A DNA stretch of 64,000 nucleotides from Sarea resinae (GCA_026026165.1 JAPEUD010000039.1:1-64000), one strand, 5' to 3'; positions 27,948 through 38,569 are shown, counted from the stretch's first letter. Notes: a model not told the origin generated them from the letters alone. Numbers and translations are program-made.

Positions 27948-28337
27948 TATAAGGGATCAAACTGGATCGCACTAGATAAGTGCTAGACAGTCCTGAAGAT
28001 GCAGGAACCGCCGAATCGTAATGGCGCTGCTATGCTTAATAGTCGTCGAGTGTGTCACTGTCTCAGGTCTCGCTGCTAATATGTCTTAGAGAACTCAAAT
28101 AGGCAGCAGAACAAGCGTATCGATTAATATAAGCTATTAGCCTGTAGCCTAGTAACTGAGTAACAAGAAGAAGAGAAGAAAACTGACGCGCTAACTGCTT
28201 GCTTAACTGAATGCCAGAAAACTAATAGCTGAATGCGTGTATAAAGAACTAATAATGCCCTCTTTCTAAACCCCTAAGGAACACAACCCTACCACTAATA
28301 CCTGATGACTAAGCTGTTGCCGGTTTACCCTATCACA
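27948..28337 (-). repeat. 5' LTR of inner Gypsy element
   Basis: Direct repeat of 16419-16808, with a PBS-like sequence immediately internal. Confidence 0.95.
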
Positions 28338-29177
28338 CTAGTAGCGTATGATTTTAAACTTGTATATAGAGCAGAGAAAGCTAATCTAGCTAATAGGCTG
28401 TTACAGCACTCTAATTACAAGGTAAAGACATAGAGTCTAGAAGTGATACTTCTTACTCTGCAGCAGAAGCTGCAGAACCTATGTATATTAAAGAGAGACA
28501 GCACTATACTAGTGATCTAAAACCTTCTTACTAGAACAGATAATAAGCATCTAGGCAAAATAGGCGCTAATACGCTAAAGGATAATGTGTATCTATAAGA
28601 GATTAAAAACCTCTCTAGGTTAAGGGATAACACTCTACCTACTATTAATAAGCGATAGCAGCGCACTAGGATAACACCTAGTTTAAGCGCAAAGGATAAT
28701 GTGTATCTATAAAGGATTAAAACCCCTTCTAGGTTATAGGATAACACCTAGCCTAATATTAAAGAGCGATAAAGAGGCACTAGAGTGATACCTAGGCCTA
28801 GCCTAAATAACAATGCTAATAAGCTAGCATTAGGAGATAAGTTTAAACACCTCTATATAAGATAAGCAGTGTATAAGGCAGCTGCTAATAAAAGAGCGTA
28901 CAAGCTGCTAACAAGCTAGCTGCTTAACATTATCCTTAGGACTTAGTAGGAAGATTATTTCGCTAAGGAAAAGATTAGAAGCATTCTTACTAAGGAGGTT
29001 ACAGGCTAAGAAAAGTGGAAAATAGACTCTATAGGCCTGCTGCGCCTAGAAGGCAAAGCATATATGCTGTGTGATACAGCTATTAGGTTAGAAATCATAA
29101 GAATAAACTATAATAACCTGTTTAGTAGCCACTTTAGCGCTAAGAGAACAACAGAGGTGAGCTAGTGTAAATACTAG

Positions 29178-29567
29178 TGTGATAGGGTAAACCGGCAACA
29201 GCTTAGTCATCAGGTATTAGTGGTAGGGTTGTGTTCCTTAGGGGTTTAGAAAGAGAGCATTATTAGTTCTTTATGCACGCATTCAGCTATTAGTTTTCTG
29301 GCATTTAGTTAAGCAAGCAGTTAGCGCGTCAGTTTTCTTCTCTTCTTCTTGTTACTCAGTTACTAGGCTACAGGCTGATAGCTTATATTAATCGATACGC
29401 TTGTTCTGCTGCCTATTTAAGTTCTCTAAGACATATTAGCAGCGAGACCTAAGACAGTGACACACTCGACAACCATTGAGCATAGCAGCGCTATTACAAT
29501 TCGGCGGTTTCTGCATCTTTAGGACTGTCTAGCACTTATCTAGTGCGATCCAGTTTGATCCCTCACA
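29178..29567 (+). repeat. Solo LTR of the inner-element family, in opposite orientation
   Basis: TGTGATAGGG...GATCCCTCACA is the reverse complement of 27948-28337 (390 bp); CTAG TSD at 29174-29177 and 29568-29571; interrupts the outer integrase zinc-binding region (KY[W][W]TNLAKDV...C..[C]). Confidence 0.95.
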
Positions 29568-31299
29568 CTAGTAGACTAATTTAGCTAAGGATGTTAAAGA
29601 ATATATTAATAAGTGCGATATATATTAAAGGGTCTAGGTGCCTAGGCATTGCCTATACAGCAAGCTACAGTCGTTACCTATGCCCTACTAGCTGTTTAAA
29701 GAAATCACTATAGATTTTGTTATAGGCCTGCTGCTAAGCAACATAAGAGATTGCAAGGCCTATGACATAATAATAGTAGTAGTTAACTGCTATACAAAGA
29801 TAGCGAAATATATTCTATGCTAGACAAATCTAAATGCCGCTATACTTACAGACATATTTATCAACGTTATAACAACAACGTATAGCAATCTAAAGCGCAT
29901 TGTATTAGATAGAGGCAGTGTATTTGCAAGCAAGTTTTAGTTAGCGATATGCTATTAAATGCGAATTAAGAACTAGCTTAGCACTGCCTTCTACCTGCAG
30001 ACAGATAGCTAGACTAAGAGGCAAAACTAGACGTTAGAACACTACTTGTAGTGCTATATAAGCAGCTGCTAGGACGACTAGGCTCTGCTATTACCTATAG
30101 CTAAGTATGCATACAATAATAGCATATATTTGTCTATAGGAATGTCACTCTTCTATACCCTATATAGCTATAACCTAGATCTGCAACTTAATATCGCAGA
30201 CAATGCTATAGAGAGAGAGGTGCTAGCAGCAAACAAGCGCCTTAACATCCTCTAAAGGGTAAGACAAAGACTAGAAGAGGATCTTACTAAGGCATAGCAG
30301 TACTAAGCTAAGTGGTATAATAGGAAACATAAGCTAATGCAATATAAAAAGAGCGATAAGGTTATGCTGTTAGCGCGCAACCTTAGCACTATACGCCTAA
30401 GCAAGAAGTTAGAACACTGCTATATAGGCCTATTTATAGTACTTAACTCTATAGGCAAGCAAGCCTACTAGTTATAGCTCTCTAAGGCTTATAGATCTAT
30501 CTACTCTATATTTTATATATCGCTGCTTAAGCGCTACTACAGCGACAGCAATACCTTAGACTAGCACTTTAAGCTAGTTAATAGCTAGGTTAAGTAGATT
30601 GTTAAGAAAATCCTAGGCTGCAGAGTACTTAAGAGAGAGCGACAATATCTAGTTAAGTAGAAAGGAGCTCTAGTAGATAACACTAGCTAGGAGCTAGCAG
30701 AGCACCTAGCAAACGCTATAGACCTAGTATAGGATTATAAACAGCACTTACTCTCTAACTAGCATAAGGGCCTAGCGAACAAGGAATAGGATGCTAGTGT
30801 GCTATTAACTAAGCCTTGTAGTCAACTAAAGAAGTAACTGCTTAGTAATAGCGCTGTAGAGGCAACAGCTAAGAGGCTAAAGAGCTGCCTAAGGAAGAAT
30901 CTACTACTCTATAAGGACTCTCTAGCTAGCCTAGAGATGCTAGTAACAAAACGCCTACAAGGAAGGCTATAGAAGTATAGCCTAAAGCTGTAAGTAATTG
31001 TAGGAAAGAGACCTTACAGCTGTCCTAGAAAGGACGCGCTGTTATAGCACTAGTAAAGAGCTGCTATTAGAACTCTTTCTACCTCTTTTACCTACAAAGG
31101 TTTTTAGGTGGTTTTAGCAAGCTAATGTAGGGGTAGGCCTACAATGTAATTGCGTGCTAACAGCGTACAGTCTCTGTAGAAGGCTATTAGGCTATAGGGC
31201 TACAATGCTACAGTTATAAGAGGAGATAAAGTTATAAAAAAGAAAGTGAAATTAAACCTCTAGCGCTGTCCTAGCGCGAACCTAAAGCTATCTAGTATA

Positions 31300-31990
31300 T
31301 AAAGGAAATAAAAGGAACTACTATCCTATTACTAACTGCTTTGCTCTGCCTAGCCCTAACTAGCCTGATTGCTAGACCCCTTTAGAGGCGCAGTTATATT
31401 GTTATTATCCTTGTCCTTACTCTTACTAGCGCGTGTGATTAAAGGCAGGTCAAACTATAAGCTTTAGTTAGTGTAGCCCTAAGCTAGTGATAAGCTAGCC
31501 TAGCTTATAGCATAGCAAAGAATGTTATTCAGTCCTTTAACACTGTTAGCTAGGCGCTTAGTAGCGATAGCAGTGTGTAAGGCGTTGTCTAAGGGATAGC
31601 AGTTAGTGGCATTAATATAGGCTTTAACGCTCCTTGTAAAACGCCGCTGTTTAGCTTAAAGGGCACCTAACGCAGGCTCTTTAGCTAGGTTATTGTCTGT
31701 AAAAGCCGCTACTATATCTGCTGCTTTAGCTAGCTAATTAAACTGCTTATAGAACTTACACAGCACTTATACAGAGCCTAGTTAGAGCCTGCCTAGAGCT
31801 ATATTAAGAGCATTACTTACTTTATCGCACTTCTTATAGAGCTAGGCGCAGCGTGTACACTTTGCTAAGGAGCTAGGACAGCTGCACACAATGTCTAGAA
31901 TAGCACTAAGGCACTTAGCGCAGCGCAGATAGAGCTCCTAATAGAGCTTAAGAGGCTCTTTTAGATTCAGATAGGGCTTGTGCGTACATA
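31300..31990 (-). pseudogene. Antisense Cys-rich ORF remnant in the 3' region of the outer Gypsy element
   Basis: Reverse complement of ~31820-31940 gives EL[C]LRCAK..SAI.DIVCSCPSSLAKCTRCA.L.KKCDK. Confidence 0.45.
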
Positions 31991-32394
31991 GTAGAACAAT
32001 AAGAGCGCGATTAGAAACGTTTATAATAGGCAGATAAGTATATAGAACGTACCTAAAAACGTAGTGCAAAAAGTTTAATTGTGCGCGCACGCACTAGATC
32101 ACCTACGTTTTATACCTACACACCTATAGCTAAGCAACCTCTAAGCGATAGAGAGAATGCCTAATGCAGACAGTTTAAAGCATTTACTCTATCTATTTAC
32201 TGCTGCTACTCTAGCGCAGCGTTTAGCAAACTAAGTAAATAAGATAAAGAACTCTCTTTATTATCTACACAAATTCACTAGTTGCAGCGAATAGCAACGC
32301 TACTAAGGCGCTAGCAAGATAAAGACTTAACACTATAATATTATACATTGTAAACAAAGGACTTAGAGGACTAGGTCCTAGGAGAGAAAGTAAT

Positions 32395-32703
32395 TGTAAG
32401 GGCTACTACTAATAGAGGTGCTGTATAGGGTTTAGCGCAGCGCAGGGTAACTACCTAGTGTAGTTTAGCAACGTTTAGGTAAGCTAAGCAAGGTTATTAG
32501 TTATATAGATTAATAGAGGCGCTAGCTATTAGGGCTAGCGTTTAGTGCAATTACAAAGTTAGTGCCTACTAGCAATATCTATATCTATAGTATTAGTTCT
32601 GCATCGCTAGGGTGACGCTAGCACGCTGCAGTGCACTAGCCTATTTAATCGTGCTATTCCTACCTACTCTACTATAGCTAGAAGTCTAAGAGGTAGTCTA
32701 ACA
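32395..32703 (+). repeat. 3' LTR of outer Gypsy element
   Basis: Direct repeat of 12991-13299, preceded by a polypurine tract. Confidence 0.95.
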
Positions 32704-33519
32704 ATATTAGCTTCTAAATATACTCTAATATTCTAGGGTGCACTTATAAAGAATTACTATAGATAAAGTCTTCTTTTTAACGTAGAAAGCTAGGAGGAAT
32801 ATGTATAGTCACTTCTCTAGCTAGAAAAGAAGAATATAGACTAGAAGAAATAAGCTATAATTTAGCAACAACGCTCTAGTATGCCTAGGACTAAAGAATA
32901 CTAAGTTCTTTAAGATATTAACAAGAATGTTTAAACCTATAAACTAAGTATAGCGATAAGGCATAGATCTGTGTCGAGTTGCCTATAGTAGTTTAGTAAG
33001 GAGGCAATTCTTCCTGAGCGGCGCGAGTAAACAATGTCGTACAATAGTATGTGTAACAAAGAAGTCGAACCTTGTATGTACTCGAGTATGTACTCGTACT
33101 TTAGTAGAGATTATGTGGGGAAAGGGCACGCTACGAGGCAAGATCTACCTCGCTAGCGTACGCAGCTAAAATCAACGTCTGACCTGTCCCGTCAGCAAGT
33201 AGCCTAAAAGAAGAAGCCAGAGCAGAGTCAAAGATGGGTAATGAAAGAGAGGGAGGGAGAGCTAGGCTATGACTTGGTCAATGAAGCTCAATTGATTGCT
33301 ATCTGCGATTTTAATGCCAGAGAAAGATCAAAGCATGCGATCAAAGTAGAGCCATCCAGCGCGTGAAGAAGAAAAGCCGCCTCTATCAGACACGGGCAGG
33401 AAAGAGAATGTATCCGACAAGATCAGAGCCCTTGGACCAGGCCGACTGCCATGCTACCCTACTCTTCGAACCTAGAGGCGTATGTCAGTGCTACTCTCGT
33501 GTAGTGTTGGCCGATGAGC

Positions 33520-34160
33520 CTACCTTCTCTTCTTGTTCGGCGGCTTGCGCCGCGAACCTTGGTTCAAAGAGCCAGCGGGAGAGCGTTCGCCGGCCGCGGC
33601 GTCTCTGGCCCGCTGCTCGGCTTCCTCTCGGGCTCGCCGCTCTTCTGCCCTCTCCTCTCTCTTCGCCGCTCGGACCTCGCCTTTCCTCTTGTATTTGGTG
33701 ACGTTCTTCCGGCGGCGGCGAGCGGTCTCGAAAGCGGTCTTCTGTGCCACGTGTTCCTCTCGTGGCACTAAGTTGTCGCGGGCACGCTCTATCAAGTCGA
33801 AGTTAGCATCAGCACGATCATTAGAGGACATCAGAACTAACTTCTCTTGCTCCCACGAGCAGACGGTCCTCCAGTCGTGCCAGTCGCCATCTTTGACTCT
33901 TGAGAGTGGCGAAAGGCTGCGGCAGACTGATCTTCCGTATCTCGTCTGCCTTCGTGCTCGCGGATTCCTTCAGGCTCGTCCCAGAAATCGTCTTCCTCGT
34001 CCTCATCGCCCTTCATCAGCATGCTCTCATCTGAGTCCGGGGACTCTAGATAGTGCCCTGAGGAATAGCGGCTTTTGCGCCCATCCTCCTCCGGATCATC
34101 TCCTCCACCAAGTCCGCCCCTGGTGATTCCGGCCCGTTGATCTACTAGGTAGGTCGTCAT
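33520..34160 (-). pseudogene. Orphan charged protein (acidic N-part, Arg/Glu coiled-coil, C-terminal KPPNKKRR NLS-like), split by a frameshift
   Basis: ORFs 33837-34211 and 33520-33831; a diverged partial homologue at 9301-9450 keeps the same reading frame over most of its length. Confidence 0.45.
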
Positions 34161-34210
34161 GGTTGATGTTGTCGAGGGTGCCTTATCCCGTGGTGGAGAG
34201 GGCGAGTCCA

Positions 34211-34630
34211 ATTACTACAAGTCGCTGAAAGCAACTGTAGAAAGAATGGGTAGTGAGGCCGAAGGCGAGGGGTGATGATAAAGATCCGATTACTACAAAT
34301 CGCGAAAAGCAATTGCAGAAGAACGGGAGGATAGTGGTAATGATGATGACGATGAAGTTTCAATTACTACAAGTCGCCGAAGCAACTGTAGAAAGAACGG
34401 GTGGTGAGACCGAAGGCGAGGGGTGATGATGAGGGTTCGATCACTACATATCGCTGAAAGCAATTGTAGAAGAACAGGAAAATGACGTTGACGATGACGA
34501 TGACGATGGTGATGGTGATGGTTCAATTACTACAAGTCGCCGAAGCAATTGTAGAAAGAACGGGAGGATGATGATGATGCCGATGACGATGAAGGTTCGA
34601 TCACTACAAGTCGCCAAGGCAACTGTAGAA
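34211..34630 (-). repeat. Tandem array of six stem-loop repeats, period 74-86 bp
   Basis: Units start at 34211, 34289, 34363, 34440, 34526 and 34600 (+ strand core ATTACTACAAGTCGCCGAAGCAACTGTAGAA); linkers are GAT/GAC-rich and of two related types. Confidence 0.9.
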
Positions 34631-34834
34631 GAGATAGAGCGGTATGAAATGAGGCTTTCGATATCTATTCCGAGTTGCTCCAAGTCTGAAAGACAAACGA
34701 AGCAGAAAATCGGATGGAGACAGGTTGAAGTGGAAAGGAACTGGATTGTGTGTGGACGAACTGGAAGCATGAAGTGTGATGGGAACTAGGGATCGAGCCC
34801 TAAGGTAAGCCACCGAAGCCTTGGAGATCCTGAC

Positions 34835-35018
34835 TGAGACGTTCAACGAAAAGTGACCATGTCAGGTTATTCTCAGTTTCGTTCAGATTTCGTCGAACGT
34901 CTCACGATCGCAAGCGTTTTACCGTCACTGAGGACCCAGCTGTGGGGATGAGACGTTCGACGATATAAGTCCAGAACTCCCTCTGTTGTTTCGATGCACT
35001 TTATCGTCGAACGTCTCA
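34835..35018. repeat. Two 70-bp units, each bounded by 17-bp inverted repeats (TGAGACGTTCRACGA...)
   Basis: 34835-34851 pairs with 34888-34904 (one G.T-type mismatch); 34949-34965 pairs with 35002-35018 (perfect). Both enclose 36-bp spacers with little similarity to each other. Confidence 0.9.
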
Positions 35019-35244
35019 AGGATTTTACCTCGCGGCATCTACAGCACCCACAGCGGCTTTGATATGTTGCAGGTATGACCGTCGAGTGTCTTTACTGGCA
35101 AATCAGCTTACAGATAGCTTGACTCTGATCTCTCAGGATTTCCGTCACTAAATTTACTCTTCATTCCAGCCAATAAAAATGTTAGACTCGACGACGACTC
35201 AACCTGAAAAAATCATGCCTTGATCAACTTGGGCCCAAAAAAAT

Positions 35245-35344
35245 TGGAGCCCTCGGGAGTCGAACCCGATCCGCCTCTATAACAGGTCCTCGCCGAAGCA
35301 AGTCCAGAATTTAAGGTACGTGCCGTACCCCTGGGCCAGGCCCC
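35245..35344 (-). tRNA. Atypical tRNA-like Pol III gene, anticodon undetermined, Ala-type acceptor (G3:U70, A73)
   Basis: GGGGCC-TGGCCCAGGGGTACGGC (A box/D arm) ... TCGGG-TTCGACT-CCCGA (perfect T arm/B box), then GGGCTCCA and a T7 terminator. The central ~50 nt do not form a canonical anticodon arm. Confidence 0.7.
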
Positions 35345-35906
35345 TTGCTTTTGAAAGTAGCTGCTGATTTCACATCTATGACCGCGCACTAATTGATCAT
35401 TAGAAGAGTGAATTTCGTTGGTTGATAGGAGACCAATGAGAAGAAGCTCACAGCCCTGGCTTCATCCTCAGCTTGTCTATCATCACCGTTCCTATCTTCG
35501 CCTCATCCAAATTCTCCACGCCACGTATCATGGCTGAAGCCTTCCAGGTTAGCTGTCATCACTCTTGACTGGCTACGTCACCTCACCTTGTTCATCATCG
35601 ATCTCATCTTGACTTCAAGCATCAATCAGACTGACCATCAATCATTGGATCGAACCATTGCGGAAACTTCCACCTGCCCTGCCACGCGGTCTCGTTGGCG
35701 AGCAATAGACCCATTAAGATTGAGTCCCGCCTTCCCGATCAGAAGCATCACCACTCATCCATTCCGTCAGTGCTGCGAAACTAGACTTTACAGTACAGCC
35801 TCTTTGATCTGTTGCCAGCGGCCGACTCTGGTCAGAGCCGACTCATGCAGTCCTCTGACATCATCTTGCAACTGTGCAGAGGCCAGCAGCGACCAGACCT
35901 TAGACA

Positions 35907-37507
35907 TTGGGACACTACATCCTCTCTGCCCGCGAGAAGCACCCGGGCGAGAAAATCATTGTCTGCGCACCCTCGAATCAAGCGTCGGATGCAATCCTTG
36001 CCAGCACAGACGAGCCGGAGGTGTTCAAAAAGAACGGGGGTAGGCTTTCCTACATACTAGGTCAAATGCCAGGGAGCTTTGGTAAAGCGCTTGATTTTCG
36101 AGGGATAATCAACTCAAAACCGGGATTCTCGCTCAGAGTCGAGTTGTTTCTGCACGGGCACATCGGTTGAATGGCTCAAGGAGAGTTTGAAAGCAATCAA
36201 AAAGGCAAGTAAATTCCTAACAATAACCATCTCCAACTAATGATTTTCTGGATAATGTTAGCTATTGTCGCGCTTCGTCGGGTCGCTGCAGGAGTTCACC
36301 ACAATACGCCTACTACGATCAAACTCCTGGTACTGAATGCAATTACAAATCTGACACGAGCAAACCTTGGTCCAACCAATGGCCAGTCTGGAAAGAGTCC
36401 GCCTACAGACCGGCCAGGCCTTGCTCGATCCAGCGGCTAAAAGTTCAGTGACTTTCATATCAATGCAGCAATTATCTGAATCGGGGAGGAAACAAGGCAG
36501 TTTTTGAGGCCATGACGGACTTGACTAATTTGATGCCATTTGTCGCTCCTTGCATCAAGTGGCAAGAAGGTTCCTCATGACTCGCGCAATGGTGGTGACT
36601 TTTGGTGTGTCGCCTTCCAACATCGGTGCACTAAGGCTTCGGATAATGCCGCCATCAACGAAGGTAAGGTAAGATTGCTAAAGACTCTCGCTAGTGTATA
36701 AAAATGATTCATTTCTCGATTGCTGCTGACAAGTTGCAGATGCCTACCTGTGGCTAAGAAGTGGCCCCACTAGGAACCCCGCCCCACGTCATAAAGAGCT
36801 CGAGGGCGCCCCCGCATCATCAAGAACTCAAAAGACAGGCCCGGCAGGAACAACCATGCGGATAAGGTCGTAGGCTGAGATCTCGCGACCGGCTATCAAC
36901 GCTTCGGCGGATTGTGGGAGGAAGGCTCATACAATTAGGATCACATGCATCAATATCGACCAACCATATCCGCCTAGCAGGCGGAGAATGACAGTCCACC
37001 ACGACCGTACACTAGACCGATATATCTTAGCATCGATCTCTGTCCGCTAACACGGTGTCATTCGTCCTTTTCGGACACCCAACTAAAATGACAACTCATG
37101 CTCGCCATATCACGAAATATCTCTCCACCTAGGATAGGATGAAGTAAGTCGAGGGAAGAGGTATAATTTCTTCCATTGGCTAATGTTGTTTGCGGATGAA
37201 GGCATCATCAAGATCTCCTCCGAGCCTTTCTGTGTCGGCAGTCATCATCCAAGTCGAACAGTATCTTTGGACGCCGACGAGAACAAGATCTATGGAACTG
37301 GTCCTCGACGGTCTTGATACTACACAATGCTACATCAATCCCCAGCCTACGACATCAGCAGTTTCGTGGTCTAGCTTGTTTCATTCGGCTCGTTGCTGCA
37401 TTGCCGAGTCCTCCGCGCATCTCACAAGAGACTTGGGTCCCGCAACACCGCTCGTGAATTTGCCGCTGATCTAGGCGCTTTACCCTACGGGCGACCCGTA
37501 CCAGAAC
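35907..37507 (+). pseudogene. Scattered fragments of a second copy of the SF1 helicase gene
   Basis: 35907-36045 LGHYILSAREKHPGEKIIVCAPSNQASDAILAS matches 39504-39640; 36547-36635 SLHQVARRFLMTRAMVV matches 39656-39745; 37448-37507 PLVNLPLI*ALYPTGDPYQN matches 40011-40074. Order is collinear, with unrelated DNA in between. Confidence 0.75.
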
Positions 37508-38569
37508 ATGCCTATGCTCTCTCTCCCTTGGACCATCTGAACATAGCAGAGCAGCAAGACATTATCAGCCTCGATTGGCAAGAGGCACTGAGCTCAAAGG
37601 AAATCTCAGAAAGAATCCAGCGAGCCTCGTTTGATTTGGACCAAAACGGAAGATCATTACCCGGCTGCCGAAAAGCCTGGAAACAGAGCGTGGCGGATCT
37701 GATGATGGACCGAGGGATCCCTCACGTCCATCCTAAATGTGCAGTACCGATGCTATGCTAGAGCAGCCAGACTAAACACCGCAAAACACGACAAGCCATA
37801 AGGGATTGTTGAGGTTTACACATTCCGGATCTTCGACCGCAAACACCCTAGGGTGGGCCTCGCATTCATTTCAAATGAACCTGCAATACAACGACGTTCA
37901 TTCAATCTGTTGCCACTGCGTTTGACCGTTTTTGATTGCCCACTACCCCAACCATTCACCATACCCATTCATATGTCCCATTCTCCTTTCAGCCATACAT
38001 CTATTTCATTCATCGTATTAGTCACGTCAGCAATCCGTACATCTCCCACTTCAAATATAAAAGGGCTCCCATGGTTGTCTATTCTTTTCCTTTTCCTTTT
38101 CCTTTCTGTACTCCTTCCTGCGGACATTTTAATTTCCACATCAACGCAATCTAGCATGCCATTAACTCATTAAAACCACCTTCTAGGTCTATACCTTAAA
38201 CCATATTCGAACATGGGTCTCATTCTAGTTGGAGATGAGACACAGCTCGTTCCGACAGTCATGTCTGGCCAGTGATTTAACCAATACAATGAAAATGCTT
38301 CGACTTTGGTAAAATCGCTGTTCTCACGACTTCGGGCCGAGAGGTTTCCCACGATTGAATTTCGCAATCTGCGTCAGCTATTGGCTTTCGGGCCTCCAAC
38401 TCTAGATTTGTGCTGCTTGTTAATCTTCAAGCCTTATATATGTGTATCAACGCATACGCCGCCCGTCAGATATTCATTTTTTATCAAAGTTTCCAAAAGA
38501 CGCCCGGAAAGAGAGTATAATGGGCCAAATACTGACTTAGGGAACCTGCACGTCGAACTCAACTTGCAG

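Larger units (their letters stand above)
16419..28337 (-). mobile_element. Ty3/Gypsy LTR retrotransposon, non-chromoviral Ylt1-like (inner element, ~11.9 kb, RIP-inactivated) with an extra ORF
   Basis: 390-bp LTRs at 16419-16808 and 27948-28337; 4-bp TSD CTAG (16415-16418, 28338-28341). Minus-strand gag (~27350), protease GLLDSGA (~25345-25365), RT P[Q]GATNSVAQF and RPFLDDI[G]VKGP (~23830-23943), RNase H and integrase (~21500-23400). PPT AGAGGGGACAGA next to 16809; tRNA-3'-end-like PBS at ~27925-27946. Confidence 0.92.
12991..32703 (+). mobile_element. Ty3/Gypsy chromovirus LTR retrotransposon (outer element, RIP-inactivated)
   Basis: 309-bp TG..CA LTRs at 12991-13299 and 32395-32703; TSD ATATT (12986-12990, 32704-32708); PPT GGAGAGAAAG at 32381. 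Degenerate protease, RT (CVIYLD[D] ~15641-15661), RNase H (ET[D]AS ~16110), integrase (~29000-30200) and chromodomain (YLVK[W]KG..S[W]E[P]AEHL ~30645-30715). Confidence 0.93.
12257..33030 (+). mobile_element. RIP-degraded, 3'-truncated Tc1/mariner transposase split by the LTR nest (pieces 12257-12990 and 32709-~33030)
   Basis: N-terminal ORF 12257-12490; de-RIPed FLFSDET at ~12871-12892. The frame continues across the ATATT TSD into the de-RIPed motif (Y)TLMFWGA at ~32720-32742. No second catalytic Asp and no TIR pair found. Confidence 0.65.

Noticed and set aside
17292..28747. Short ORFs listed in the track within the TE nest as independent genes
   Set aside because: They are stop-free remnants or antisense shadows of RIPed gag/pol/extra ORFs.
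34211..34630. CRISPR array interpretation of the repeat-linker arrays (also 62021-62435)
   Set aside because: Eukaryotic context, no cas genes, degenerate repeats, and linkers related to each other rather than unique spacers.
35245..35344. tRNA-Leu(TAA) or tRNA-Ala(TGC) assignment; tmRNA
   Set aside because: Neither triplet sits in a paired 5-bp stem with a 7-nt loop; too short for tmRNA and has no tag ORF.
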